NCBI GenBank assembly: GCA_964016885.1
Contig: OZ024749.1
Location: forward strand, 32,674,001-32,738,000
Source of the DNA: Eledone cirrhosa
Lineage: Eukaryota
Direction: 5' to 3'
DNA: 64,000 nt
Shown piece by piece: positions 1-13,714 of this stretch. Position 1 is the stretch's first letter. Every line of letters starts with the position of its first letter. The notes beneath the pieces were generated by a model. It ran no database searches and had not been told where the DNA came from. It saw only the letters and a list, made by a program, of their open reading frames with translations. The position numbers were made by a program, and so were the translations under genes.

Positions 1-205
1 CCGTCTCCAACTGATCCAGCTGGATCCCCAAGCAAGATCAGCCAACCCCATGGATGTTAACCAACCATCTTGCTCTGGGTCTCCTACCAGTTGGTTTTGC
101 TCCTAAAATCTGTCCAGTGATTCTTTCCTGAGACATTCTAACCACATACCCAAAGTATTGAAGCTGTGATCTCTCAATTCATAGTAGTAGTGGCTCTACC
201 TGGAG
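1..205 (-). mobile_element. RTE LINE 3' fragment
   Basis: similar to 17280-17470. Confidence 0.65.
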
Positions 206-613
206 CGATTTTCACCCCACCCCACTAAAACTACTGGCCTTGTGCCTAAATTTGAAACAATTATAAAGGGTAGGGACTTGACAGAATTGGTAGAGCATCA
301 ATTAAGATGCCATTATGGTATTTATTTGTTCTTGCTCTTTACATTCTGAGTCAACTTTATCTTTCGTCCTTCTGAGGTTGATAAAATAAAGTACCAGTCA
401 AATACTGAGGTTGATTTAATCAACTTTGTCTTTCTCTCAAATTTGCTGGTCTTGAGCCTAAATTAGAATCTCTTATTTCACTTAGTCACATGAAAGGATT
501 TTTCCAATCTTTGTTATCATCTCTGCCATTGTTAATTAGGGTCTCAACATTCCATTGTGTCCAACTGTTAACATAATGAGGTAAAAGCTGTCGTTATTAT
601 TATTATTATTATA

Positions 614-847
614 GGGCGGTGGATTGGCAGTATCGGTAGAGCGTTGGACACCATGCTTTGCAGCATAGAGTTACGGCCTTTTATGATCTGAGTTCAAATC
701 ACGCCAAGGTTAACTTTGCCTTTCATCTTTACGTGGTCGATAAAATAAAGTACCAGTTACGCACTAAGGGTCGATTTAATCGACATTCCCCTACCCCAAA
801 ATTGTTGGCCTTGTGCCCATATAAGAAACCATTATTATTATTATTAT
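614..847 (+). mobile_element. tRNA-derived SINE family B (many copies, e.g. ~270, 1245, 5955, 45000, 50636, 57435 on +; ~20820, 30010, 32240, 33520, 62860 on -)
   Basis: A-box TGGCAGTATCGG, B-box GAGTTCAAATC, core GCCTTTCATCCTTxCGGGGTCGATAAAATAAAGTACCAG, (ATT)n tail. Confidence 0.85.
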
Positions 848-854
848 CTCTTCC

Positions 855-1217
855 CACCATTTTGTTGAAAGATGGGTGAGAGAAGCAAGAATGGCCCGAG
901 TGAATGGGCCTATTCTGAGTACGTATCTGTAAATTAAAGGTGGAAAACTGGGAGAGGGCACTTGCCTTGGTGGTCAGGGTCACTGTGGCCTTTTACTGGG
1001 CTTTCTCCACAAATGTCCCTCCGAAGTCTCCCCCCTATTGGGGAATTTTTCATTGTTATTTTTTGTTACATCCTCTGTTTTTGTTTTTTACACGCAGAAA
1101 TGCCCATTTGTACCGTCCTGTATTGTCCTGCACTGTCCTTAATGTCTACTTTATGTAAACCCTTGTGGTTAATAAAGAAATCATTATTATTATTATTATT
1201 ACTATTATTATTATTAC
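855..1217 (+). mobile_element. probable L1/Tx1-like LINE 3' end
   Basis: FVERWVREARMARVNG, T-rich UTR, AATAAA, (ATT)n tail. Confidence 0.4.
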
Positions 1218-1516
1218 TGGGAACAACTTACACTGAATAAAAGCAAATTGGTAGTATTGGTAGTATTGGTAGAGCATCTCTGCAGAAATAGAGTAACAGT
1301 CCTTTATGTGCTGAGTTCAAATCCCACCAAGGTTAGCTTTGCTTATCATTATGAGGTCGATAAAATAAAGTACCAGTGATGCAATAAGATAAAGTATCAT
1401 GACTGGAGTTGATTTACCTGACTATACCCTCCCCACAACATTTCTAACCTCATGTCTAGAAACTATAACTATTGTAATAAAATATTATCCATAACTATGT
1501 AAGTACTCCATCCCTG

Positions 1517-1591
<75 letters not shown>

Positions 1592-2486
1592 TATTAAACT
1601 TTAGGAGGGTTATGTTGCCAATAAAAACACATGTATCTGTTCGTTTTCACTTCAATGTATTATAAACTTCAAAACTCATTTGTAGAACAGAGCAAAGGAG
1701 AGACACAAAATAACAAATTACTCTCTGAGGAGGTCACAGAATGTGTGACAAAGGAGCTTTGACAAGAAACAAATAAACAACCATCTGGTTATTAAACTAA
1801 TCAACTGGAAGTTTACAATAAATTGAAGTGGAAACCATCAAGTGCGTGTGTTTTTATTGGCAGCATGACACTCCCAAAGTGTAACAATATATATATGCAT
1901 ATGTATCATCATCATCATCATCATTTTACGTCCGCTTTTCCCTGCTTGCAAGGGTGGGACGGACACTGATTCTGGCTTGATTTCTACAGCTGGATGCCCT
2001 TCCTAACACCAACCTCATTTACAGTGAGTGCTGGGTGCTTTTTTGCCGTGGCACCTCCACGACCACTTTGCAGTGGAATGATAGGGACCCCACTCCCTAT
2101 CATCTCATTTCTACAGCTGAGTAAACTGGAGCAATGTGAAATAAAGTGTCTTGCTCAAGGAAACAACACATCACCCGGTCTGAGAATTGAACTCACAACC
2201 TTTTGATTGCAAGGCCCAATGCTCTAACCACTAAGCCATGTGCCTTCATGTATGTATATATATATAAATCGCTGAGACTCATGGGGGGAGATGATGAAGG
2301 AACACGCCAAATGGAGGAATGTTATGCTGTGAAGGACCCGTCCAACCCACACAAGCGTGGAAAAGTGGATGTAACAACAAAACAATGATGATGATGATGA
2401 TGATGATGACAACATATATGTATATTTATGTATGCATATATTTCTTCACTGTACTGTGTCATTTGCTTTGTTATTCCTCCCCCCCC

Positions 2487-2540
<54 letters not shown>

Positions 2541-3093
2541 GACCCGCCTTACCTAAATACAAAGTAAACCTACTACAGTCAGTAGGCATCTCTAACAAAA
2601 CACACCCCGTCCCACCACCCACACCCCATCCACACCGCCCCTTTCAATGTAAAGTTATGTTGGTGCCACAACATCCAGGCCGAAACAAATGAGGTCGTGT
2701 AGGTGTCATGACAAAAAAACACACAGTCCACGCTGTAATGTGGCCGTGTAGGCAACACGGTAAAGACCTCCCAGCCCCACACTGTAAATGTGGTTGGTGT
2801 TAGGAAGGGCATCCAGCTGTAGAAAACCCGCCAGACAGTCCTATGCGAGCAAGACAATCACTCTTGCCTCAAGTGGGAAAACCCCCGTCCAAACCCATGC
2901 AAGCGTGGAACACGGACGTTAAACGTTGATGATGATGATATATATATATAGTGTCGATCAAGTGTTTGGATCTGAGGACCTGATCTAACCCAAGCTGATC
3001 GAAATAGAACAATTGTAATATGAAATAAAGTTTCACAAAAAGCTGCAATTCTTATTGTCACTCTTTCTCTCTCTCTCTTTCTATATGTGTATA

Positions 3094-4263
3094 TCTACTT
3101 ATATATATAACCACCAATTTCTCTGTCTGTCTGTCCGACAGTGGAAACACGTGCGCGCGTGCGAATGTTTTTTGCACACGCGTAGAGAGAGAGTGAGAGT
3201 GAAAGAAAGAGACAGACTACGAGAGGGGGATAGCGGGAGGGAGAGAGGGAGAGAGAGAGAGTGAATAGACGCTAAAACACGTGCTACAGAAATATTACCT
3301 TCTCCTTCCTTTCTCCACTTTGGTACTACCAAGAGAAACACTGTCGCTATAGAAACATTACCTTCCCCTCTCCACTGACTTTGGTCACTGAGGCCGAGGG
3401 AATCGCTGGTTGCTATAGAGACACCTTGCACAAGCCAGAAGTAACCAGTTCGAGGCGGTTCTGACTTGACACCATGCCAAGTCTACTTATAATATATAAT
3501 GGGCATTTCTCTGTTTGTTTGTCTGTCTGTCCGTCTGTAAAAAATGCCAAGGAAACAAATAGACGCAGTTTCAAATCTCTATGCTTTTTAAATTCATTAC
3601 ATTAATCTTCATTTATACATTTCGCTTTACGAGTGTTTCGGCTTACGAGTGTTTCGGCTTATCATTATATATAAACGTTTCTATTTCCATCGTTTTATCG
3701 TAAACGTTTATATATTTCCATCGTTATATCATAACGTTTATGTATCATAACGTTTATATTTCCGTAACTAATCTCTTTTTCTCCTTTTTCGTTTTAACAT
3801 ATATTTATTTCAAAGATTTCACCGTATAGATAACATATATATTTATACATACATAAAAGACACACCGAGAGACGGTGAACATGTGGTGCCGAAAACATTT
3901 CTCATCCAAATCTCAACAATATCAGTATATACACTAGATTTGCTAGCAGAAAACCGCCCACCGGGTGGTTTTCTGCTAGTCTATATATCTAAAACAGAGA
4001 ATGTCTGTCTGTCAGCTCACTAAAACTCGAGAACCACCCAACCGATTGTTTTCAAACTTTATACATGTAATACTTATGGTCCTGTGAGTGTTTTGAGCAA
4101 ATTTCAAATTTTCTATGCCCTAGGGACCGCATTAGGCGATTTAGTGATCTCTCTCTATAATTCTTAGTTTTTCTCTTTTTAGATATAACGCTGTGCCCTT
4201 ATAATATCTGTCTGTATGTCTGCATTATGGCATTATGATGTAGTTGTGTATGTATATGTATAT

Positions 4264-4308
<45 letters not shown>

Positions 4309-4600
4309 GGTAACGTTTTTCAACATATTTACTTCTGCGCTCACTGATTGATTTTTTTAGTTTCAGAAAATCACGTTAAGGGTGAAAGGAGCGATTCTTT
4401 GCTTAAACTTTAATCTGTTATTTTAATATATATATATATATATATATATAATTATATATTCTTATACAAATACTTTTGCATACACAATAACAAAATATAA
4501 ACAAACGTATTTATTTCACGAGCCTTGATAAGGATAAATATATATCAAATATATAAGAAGCCTAGAACAAATCCCAAGCAATGCCAGGCCTTTCTGCTAG
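3094..4600 (+). mobile_element. three tandem non-autonomous Helitron-like elements
   Basis: 5' TC starts at 3094, 3482 and 3980, each followed by a (GTCT)n tract; hairpin + CTAG 3' ends at 3979 and 4600. Confidence 0.7.
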
Positions 4601-5159
4601 TATTATATAATATATAAAAGAGTAGAGATATCTGTAAAGGCATTTCCTGTAGTTGATGTCTCTGATGTGGGTTAATGACTTTGTAAAACATTTTTGTAAT
4701 TCTTCTTCTGAGCAGCTTAACGCCTCATGTATTTGAAACTATAGTTATCAATATTTGTTTAACCTACTTCAACATATGTAGGCGTGTATCTATGTATGTA
4801 TGTATGTATGTAAACTACAGCCACCACTTACAATCAAGTATGACTTAGTAGTATGTACCATGTACTTAGTATGTACCATACTTTCACTAAGGGTTTTAGG
4901 TGTCCATACAATTGCAAGCAGACAGAGGTACCTTCTCGACCCCCCCCCCCCTCTCTTGATCCAGCAAAACATTCAGGATGTGACACCTGGAAGGAAAGAG
5001 GGCTGCACAAGCACTAGACTGGTACTTTCTTTATCCAGTTTGGAAGATGACAGGCCAAGTGGACCTCAACAAGATTTGAACTCAAAACGTTGGGAGCTAC
5101 ATTCTTTCCCAGGAAAGGAGTTGGCATTTACAACTATTTGCCTGTCTTATTTACTAGTA

Positions 5160-5580
5160 AGAATGAAGTCTAATTGGTAGGGAATCAGATGGCTGGTTGG
5201 TTTCTTGAAGTTTGTGAGCATTGCAGAACTCCAGAATCTTCGACACATCCTCATTTCTTGTACCATAAATGTAGCCTCCATGTATGCCAGGAAATCCATC
5301 ATGGTGTTTCCCAACATGTCCACTGAAGTCACCATCTGCGATAATGAGATTACTGTTATTTGTTATTGAGATAGGAGGACTTCGTCACACATTCTGACTA
5401 CCTCAATTACCTAGTCAACCCATCTCTCCATATACTTTTTCCACCCACCGGTCTTCCTTGCCTGTGATGAGTCTGGCCAGAACACCACTCCATCTCACTC
5501 ATCTCCTCTCTAGCATCCCCACAATCTCATCACACTTACCTTTCATTGTTCTGACATTTATAGTAGCAAATCTGAGGTTC
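5160..5580 (-). mobile_element. RTE LINE apurinic-endonuclease fragment
   Basis: LRFATINVRTMKGK and GDFSGHVG...HGGYIYGTRN...ILEFC on the - strand. Confidence 0.75.
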
Positions 5581-5882
5581 TGCACTTGATGAAAAGGGAG
5601 CTGCATAAGTGCCATGCTCTTTTCCTAGGCTTGTTAGGTATAAGGACTGCACAACTGTCTGGTAATAATCAGGGGTTCACATTAATGTTAGGTTCTTTCG
5701 TGTATTGTTTTGTATTGTCACCCAGGTGTTTGTAGTCACCACCAATACCACTGCCAGTCCATTGTAACTTACATAATTGACCCATGTATCTCTGATGTAA
5801 CCAGTCAGTATTTATTATAGGGAAAAAAAAAAGGGGGGGTCAGTAGGATAGCTTCCCCACACCCAGATGATATATATATAGG

Positions 5883-5941
<59 letters not shown>

Positions 5942-6699
5942 AACATATAATCATTTGGTGGATTGGTAGTATCGGTAGAGCGTCGGACGCCATGCTTTGA
6001 CGCATAGAGTTACGGTCCTTGCCATTCTGAGTTCAAATCCCGTTGAGGTTAACTTTGCCTTTCATCCTTACGGGGTCGAAAAAATAAAGTACCAGTAATG
6101 CACTGGGTAATTGCTGGCCTTGTGCCAAAAGTAGAAACAATTATATATCATCATCATTTCATTTTACGTCCGCTTTTTCCCTGCTTGCAAGGGTGGGATG
6201 GGAACTGATTTTGGCTCGATTTCTACAGCTGGATGCCCTTCCTAACACCAACCTCATTTACAGTGAGTGCTGGGTGGTTTTTTGCCATGGCACCTCCACG
6301 ACCACTTTGCAGTGAAATGATATGGGCCCCAGACCCTATCATCTCATTTCTACAGCTGAGTAAACTGGAGCAATGTGAAATAAAGTGTCTTGCTCAAGGA
6401 AACAACACATCACCCGGTCTGAGAATTGAACTCACAACCTTTCGATTGCAAGGCCAATGCTCTAACCACTAAGCCATGTGCCTCCATATATATATATATA
6501 TTAATGTTGGTGTTACGAAGGGCGTCCAGCCATAGAAACCAAGCCAAGATACCAATCCGTATGAGTATGATGTGGTCTCTGGATCTGACTTGTTTCATGT
6601 GACAACCCATCTAATCCATGCAAGCATGGAAAATGGATGTTAAACTATGATGATGACAATGTATGTGTTTTATATATATGCAGTCAAACTTCAAGTGAA

Positions 6700-7000
6700 T
6701 GACCAGTTGAGTCATTACCAACGACACTACCTCAGCAAAGGACATTGCCAAGGCCACCACACTTGCAGAAAAGTATGTGGCAGAACTACTCTCTACATTC
6801 TACTTCATTCACCATAAAGATCAGAGTCTATAGATCTGTTGTAAACACTACCCTCTTCTATGGAACTGAAAGCTGGGTCCTGTACTGAAAGCAGATCAAG
6901 CTAGTGGAAAAATTCAATCAGTGATGCCTTCGCTCCATGCATGTCTAGGATTGGTCTCTACAGCTACCTCAGGGTATGCCGCCACACAGAAGAGGACAAC
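6700..7000 (+). mobile_element. degenerate RTE fragment
   Basis: TLFYGTESWVLY..LVEKFNQ.CLR. Confidence 0.6.
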
Positions 7001-7179
7001 AATCTTCCCATTGATCTACACAAGCAAAAAATTTCACCATTCTTATACATATATAATCTGTATGTGGTTGACTCAATGCCAAAGTAGAGTTTTTATATTC
7101 ATTTATATTAAGGCTAAAAGTGAGTCTAGTTACTCTGGAGTTTTTCCTGTTAATCACATGGTCATCAGATATGAACCTG

Positions 7180-8600
7180 TGATAAACAGGCGAGAAAACT
7201 GCCAGTGTCATTCCTCTATTCAAAAAGGGTGACTGCACATCGCCTGTCAACTATCGTCCACTCCGTCTTACTAGCTGCATTGCCAAACTGATGGAATCCT
7301 GTGTCAGAAAAACACTCTGGAATTTTTGGAATTCTCACATTCTTATTTGGCTCTTGCAATTTAGATTTACCCCTAACTCCAGCTGCTGTGATCAACTTTC
7401 TTGAAGACATCATCTGGATTACTGATGGTCGCTCATGGGTGGATGTTGTTTACCTTGACTTTGCTAAAGCTTTTAATTCTGTGCCACACAAAGGCTTATG
7501 GCAAAACTCTCTGCAATGGGTGTGAAAGATGATCTTTTTAACTGGTTGAAGTCCTTCGTTCTCAGTCGAAAAGAGGTAGCCACGGTTCTAGGACAGCATT
7601 CTACACCGAATGAGATGTCATCTGGTGTACTACAGGGATCTGTTCTTGGTCCTCTTTTGTTTGTGGCATATATTAATGACATAGATGCCAACTTAAAGAA
7701 TGCCACAGTATTGAAATATGCAGATGACATCAAGCTGTACCTTGAGATAAAAAGGACAGATCCTGAATACTATAGATCTTTCCTGCAATCAGGCATGGAC
7801 ACAATGCAGCAATGGATCACGGACTGGCTTTAGACAAGTGTACCACCATGCATTTTGGGAGGAAAAACCCAGCATCCACACACTCCCTCCACAACACTAA
7901 CATTAAGAAGTCTTCTCATGAACGTGACCAGGGCATTTTTTTCAGCAGCGATTTGCATTGGACAAAACACATCTCTAAAATTGTCAAGAAGGCCAAGGGT
8001 GTCTTGGCATCACTCAGCAAGACCTTTGTCAGCCATCTATTTAAAGCTGTATATAGCTATGGTGCGGCCACTTAGAATTTGCATCACCAGTCTGGAACCA
8101 CTATCTTGCTCAGAGAATTGACCTCCTGGAAACTGTTCAGAGACGTGCAACCAAGCGAATACCCTCCATCAGGCATCTACCATACTCTGAACGCCTTGCT
8201 TCCCAGGGCATGGATACATTGAAGCTCCGACATCTGACTTGTTTATTATTAACCATCTTACCAACAATCCTGAGCACCTTTTTGAATTCCATGTGTTTAA
8301 CACACGCAAGCATGCCCACAAAGTCAGAAAACAGCACAGCTCCCATGACTTTCACGCCCAGAGTTGCTGAAGCACGGAACAAACTACCTCCATCAGTTGT
8401 TAGCTGTCGAGACACTGCATCCTTTAAAACCTCCATGCTTCCTGAAATTCGCCAACACTACAACTGATACCCCCCCCCCTCCATACACACACATATGTAT
8501 ATCATGACTCATACACTGTTCACTTTCCTGACACTTTCCTTTGATGAGTTTTAGTGCACCTGAGCACTGTACACAATAATTTCATTATTATTATTATTGT
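7180..8600 (+). mobile_element. CR1-type LINE, 5'-truncated and frameshifted
   Basis: PVNYRP, VYLDFAKAFNSVPH, SGVLQGSVLGPLLF, YADDIKLY, (ATT)n tail. Confidence 0.92.
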
Positions 8601-9268
8601 AACAATACTCACTTTTTAGTCTTAGTATATATATATATCTTCTTCGCCCACTTATTCCTGGGAGGTTCATGAGAGCAGTCCTCAAACATAACTTCCAGTG
8701 GGTTCTGTCAGAGGCAGCTCATATAATTGCTTATATAGTTAGTAGGGGTTTGCGTTACTGTGAAATTTGATTGAGTAGTGTGACGAGAAGAAAAAGTTTC
8801 TCTTGTTACATTAGTTATTAACAAAAAGAATTTTAGGTGTTGTAATGGTTGGATAATTATCGACGTAAACTTTTTTTTTTTTTGCTGAGATTAACAATGC
8901 AGATGTATGCACTGAATTTATGTCTACATGGGCATCCAACTGTGAAATGCAGTTCCATTTGAGCAAGGTACGGCACGGCCAGATTTGTATGTATTTCACC
9001 TTGTTTCTATACAGTCATATAACCGCGCATGAGCGCGTGCGTATATATATATATATACATACAATCTTCGGATTTTAGTCTTTATTATTACTATATATAT
9101 ATAGCTCAAGGAAACGATAAAACAGAAATTCAAAAAGTCTTAGTTTCACGCCTTATATGGAAAAGGGGAAAGAAAATTCGACTTGCTGGGCTTTAGCCCT
9201 TCTTCAGCAATACAAAAAATAAAGACAGGATCACAAAGTGTAGACACAGAAAATTAAAAGTAGTCTGT

Positions 9269-9305
<37 letters not shown>

Positions 9306-10480
9306 GAAAATAATAAGTAGACAAGACAAATTGTTAGGTAGTCTTGGTAACGTAAATTGGAATGTGTAATGTGTGTGTATTAGTGCTGATAGTATGTGTG
9401 ATTATGTGTAAATATGTGGGGTTTTTTAAAGTTTGTGTAAAATATCAGTGTGTGTGTGTGTTTATAAATATATATATATAATATATATAATATAATATAT
9501 ATAATATAATATATATATATATATAGAGGTGTGTGGCTTAGTGGTTAGGGTATTTGGCTCATGATTCCTGACTGAATTTTATCCTTGAGCAAGACATTTT
9601 ATTTCATGTTACTCCAGTCCAGGTAACTGGAAAAAAAAAAATGGTTTGTACCTGTAATTCAAATGGCTAGCCTTATCATACTATGTTAAGGGTACACATC
9701 GCTTTGGAATGCTCAGCCACTTGCACATTAAATTCACCAGCAGGCTGTTCTGTTGATCAAACAATTGAAACATTATCAGAGCCAACAACAACATAAGTAT
9801 CTATAAATATATTCATTCAGAGGTTATGCATCATTTTGAGGTCAATAAAAAGTTACCAGTATCGTACTGGGGTCAATTCTTCCTCAATATCTCTTTCTCA
9901 CTTCCTCTCTACCATTATGTCTCCTTCTCTGGAAGAAATTGGCAGTGTTCAGACATGGAAAGGGATGGGCTCCACATCCTCATCATCGTTTAACATCTAT
10001 TACCCACGATAGCATGGTTCAGATGGGTTGTCACATTTGAGGCAAGTCAGATCAGATGACCGTGTCTTGCTCATACAGAACTGTTTCTATGGATGCCTTT
10101 CCTAAAACCAACCACATTTACAGTGTGTGATGGGTGATTTTTGTCATGACACCTACACAACCACATTTACAGTATGTGCTGGGTGCCTTTTATCATGGAA
10201 CCAGTACTATCATTTTACAGGGTGGACTGGGCACTTTTTTTTTGTTGTCACCAGTGCTACCACCTCACAGGATGGACTGGGTGTCATTTATCATGGCACC
10301 AGTCCTACCTAATTTTAATTTTGCATTTTCAAACTTCCTTCTGCACATCACATTCATGTATATTTTTCTAAGCAAGCATAGATTGCATAGATGTAAAGAA
10401 ATTTACGCTTGGAATATTCTGTTCATAATTTGGGTACAAATTAATATTAGCTGAGGTACAACTGAAAGCAGAAATGTGTT

Positions 10481-10702
10481 TTAACCCTTTAGCATTCACA
10501 ATACCCTATATTTACTATTTTATTTTCACAAAAAAGGCTTTACCTGACATAATCATCTTACATAATATCAAATTTTTTTGTCTTATTCATTTTGAGAACA
10601 ATACCTTAACAGTGGTATGAGTGGCCAGTCACAGCCGGTTTGAACAGAAAGAGGTGAAAGATTTATTGCCAGATACGGCCGTTTTAAATGCTAAAGGGTT
10701 AT
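10481..10702. mobile_element. piggyBac-type MITE (other copies 18348-18576, 35870-36651, partial 59760-59890)
   Basis: TTAA-CCCTTTAGCATT ... AATGCTAAAGGG-TTA terminal inverted repeats. Confidence 0.8.
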
Positions 10703-11282
10703 GGCAAGTCAGTTTGAACAAGAAAATAAAACAGTTGTGGAATATTGTAATATGTTTTCTTTTCCATCTTGAATTAAACTAGGTCAAATTTGAATTGAAT
10801 TAGGTCAAATTCTTTGAATATAGTCATTTATTTGTCATAAAAAAAATTATTAACATGAAGCTTCAAATTTTGACTGCATGAAGAAGATGAATACATAGTT
10901 ACCTATTTATCAACTAAAATACAATTATTTTATTTATACAAAAAATATTTCTTTTGTCTTTTTGGAATATTTTATACTTTTTACTCAGAAAATTATAGGA
11001 AAAAAATTCTTTTAGAATGAAAAAATTCCAAAAGTGAATATTTTCCTTTGAAATAAAAGAAATTAGTTCAAATGTTATGGCAAAACAGAATGAAAAATGT
11101 ATGCAAACACACACACATGCACACATATACACACACATGCATACACAACAATAATTCAAGCTATATCTGAAAATTTTACTTATACATTATTTTTCTCAAG
11201 CTTAAAGAAAACTTAATACTGCAGTCAAAAGATGTGTGGATATGTCTTAAATTATTGGCCATTGTTATTTTTCTATCTCCAT

Positions 11283-11402
11283 TTAAAACTTCAGGTTGCC
11301 AATAGATGGTAAATCTGGTAATTTGATATCTTTAATTTTCTGTGGAATGTTCATTTCTTTGACAGCTGACACAGCTCGGGCAGGTGCAGCAGCAATACCA
11401 GC
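11283..11402 (-). CDS. AP3S1: AP-3 sigma terminal coding exon 6
   Basis: TTCTTCCAG acceptor, AGIAAAPARAVSAVKEMNIPQKIKDIKLPDLPSIGNLKF-stop; sigma3-type C-terminal extension; total CDS 573 nt = 190 aa. Confidence 0.93.
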   Translation of the reverse strand, partial: AGIAAAPARAVSAVKEMNIPQKIKDIKLPDLPSIGNLKF

Positions 11403-11599
11403 CTGGAAGAAAAAAAAAACAAAAAAAAAAAAACATTGTTATGAGCAAGACGTGGTCACCTGACATGTCTAGCCTCATAACATGACAGCCCATCTCATCC
11501 AATAGATATTAAACAGTGATGATGATGATGATATATATATAAAGGATTCAGGACCCCGACGGCTGAGCTCCTGCCATTTCGACAGCTAGATCCGGGATC

Positions 11600-13700
11600 T
11601 GGTTGTCCTGCTCGTATAGGACTGCCTGGCGGGTTTTCTACGGCTGGATGCCCTTCCTAACACCAACCACGTTTACAGTGTGGACTGGGAGGTTTTTACC
11701 GTGTTACCTACACGGCCACATTACAGCGTGGACTGTGTGTTTTTTTTTTTTTGTCGTGACACCTACACGACCTCATTTGTTTCGGACTGGATGTTGTGGT
11801 ACCAACATAACTTCACATTTAAGGGGGTGGTGTGGATGGGGTGGGGTAGTGGGATGGGGGTGTATTTTGTTAGAGGTGCCTACTGACTGTAGGTTTCGCT
11901 TTGTACTTAGGCAAGGCGGGTCTTCTGTATTACTGTGTAGCGCCAAAGCTCTCGGTCCAGTGACATTGTCTTGGAGAGGTGTAAGTGTGTGAGGTCGGTA
12001 TTTATCAAGTCGCCCCAGGTTTTTCTGGGTCTGCCTACTCCGTGGCTACCGTCTATTTTTATTGCCCTGCACTTTTTTATACAGCTGTCGTCTTTCATGC
12101 GCATCACGTGACCGTACCAACGTAGTCTTCTCTCGAGTAAACAACATATGATCCCTCTTATTCCTAATTTCTCCCTTAGTTCGTTTATGCTTTGCCGTTC
12201 ACTTATATTACTATTACACATCCAGCGGAGCATGCAAGCTTCGTTTCTCTCCAGTCTGTGTATATCCTCTGCACACAATGCCCAGGTCTCACTGCCATGT
12301 AACATTGCTGTTCGTATGCAGGCATCATACAGCCTGCCTTTCATTTTTAGAGAGAACCCTTTAGCGGCCAATAGTGGTATAAGCTCTGAACTTTTTCCAT
12401 CCTGTTCTGACTCTAGCTACTGTACTTTCAGAGCACCCTCCCCCACTGCTGATTTTGTCACCCAGGTAACAGAAGCTGTCCACTATTTCTATAGAACCAT
12501 CTGTGCAATGGAATGAGCTAGTATGTGGGCACTTGCTGCTACTTATTGCATCAGAGCACCGGCCACATATAAAATCTATATTCTTAGCTAGCTTACCTGT
12601 GATCCCACTACATCTTTTATGCACCAATACTTTGCATTTGGGACATAAAATGGAGTTTCTCCCTACTCCTTTCCTACACACTGAGCATGGCCATTTCCCA
12701 GATTGGACCGGTGCCCTATTTTCCTTCCTACAAACTAGACCTTTAGTCTTAGACAAGTTAACTTTAAGGCCTTTTGATTCTAGGCCATGCTTCAATGTTT
12801 GGAATTTCTTCTCTAGTTCAGCCATTGATTCAGCTATGAGCATTAGATCATCTGCATATAGGAGTTCCCATGGGCAGCCGGTCTTGAACTCCTCTGTTAT
12901 AGCCTGAGGGGCAATAATAAATAGTAGGGGGCTAAGGACGGAGCCCTGATGAACACCAACTTTTATGCTAAACTCTTCACTATATTCGTTGTTAATTCTA
13001 ACCTTGCTGACTGTTTCTTTATACATGGCTTGTATAGCTCTCACAAGCCATTCATCAACACCTAGTTTTCTAAGGGCCCACCAGATAATCGAGCGGGGTA
13101 CTCTGTCAAAGGCTTTCTCCAAGTCAACAAAAGCTAAGTATAGGGTTTACTTTTAGCTAGGTACTTCTCCTGTAGTTGTCGTACAATGAAGAGAACGTCT
13201 GTTGTACTTTTACCTGACACAAACCCGAACTGCATTTCGTCTAGATCAATTCGCTCTCTGATTAGTTGCGCTATTACTTTTTCTGTGACCTTCATGACCT
13301 GGTCAATTAATTTAATGCCTCTATAGTTTCCCCTATCTAGGGCATCACCTTTACCCTTGTAGCAGTTAATGATGTTGCTGCTGCGCCAGTCCTTCGGAAT
13401 GACCCCATTCTGTATGACTTGGTTTACTATCCGGGTGACCATAGTGTGTCCCACCATTCCAGATGCTTTCAGCATTTCGGCAACTATTTCCGAAGGCCCG
13501 GCCGCCTTGCCCGTCTTCATGTCTTTGATTGCCTTACTTATTATACTACCTTCAACTTGCACTGCTGGTCCCTCTATTGGGTCGATGTGGGGGAGACTGT
13601 CTTTCTCCCAATTATTCTCCTCATTTAGTAACCTTTCGTAGTGACACTTCCAAGCTACCTTCTTATCAGCGTCAGTGATGACAAGTACTCCATCATCATT
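11600..13700 (-). mobile_element. RTE-clade LINE, 5'-truncated (RT + PHD-like finger + 3'UTR), frameshifted
   Basis: NYRGIKL, QFGF, EKAFDRVP, GVHQGSVLSPLLF, LLYADD, RRLRWYGHVMRM, GRPRKTW motifs. Confidence 0.93.
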
Positions 13701-13714
13701 AAGGATATATATAT

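Noticed and set aside
1994-2206. Recurrent [14 protein letters not shown] peptide ORFs
   Set aside because: Antisense reading of the SINE/RTE 3'UTR module
8940-9010. Possible Helitron helicase remnant (HGQ.LYV)
   Set aside because: Needs a frameshift and is too short to distinguish from chance
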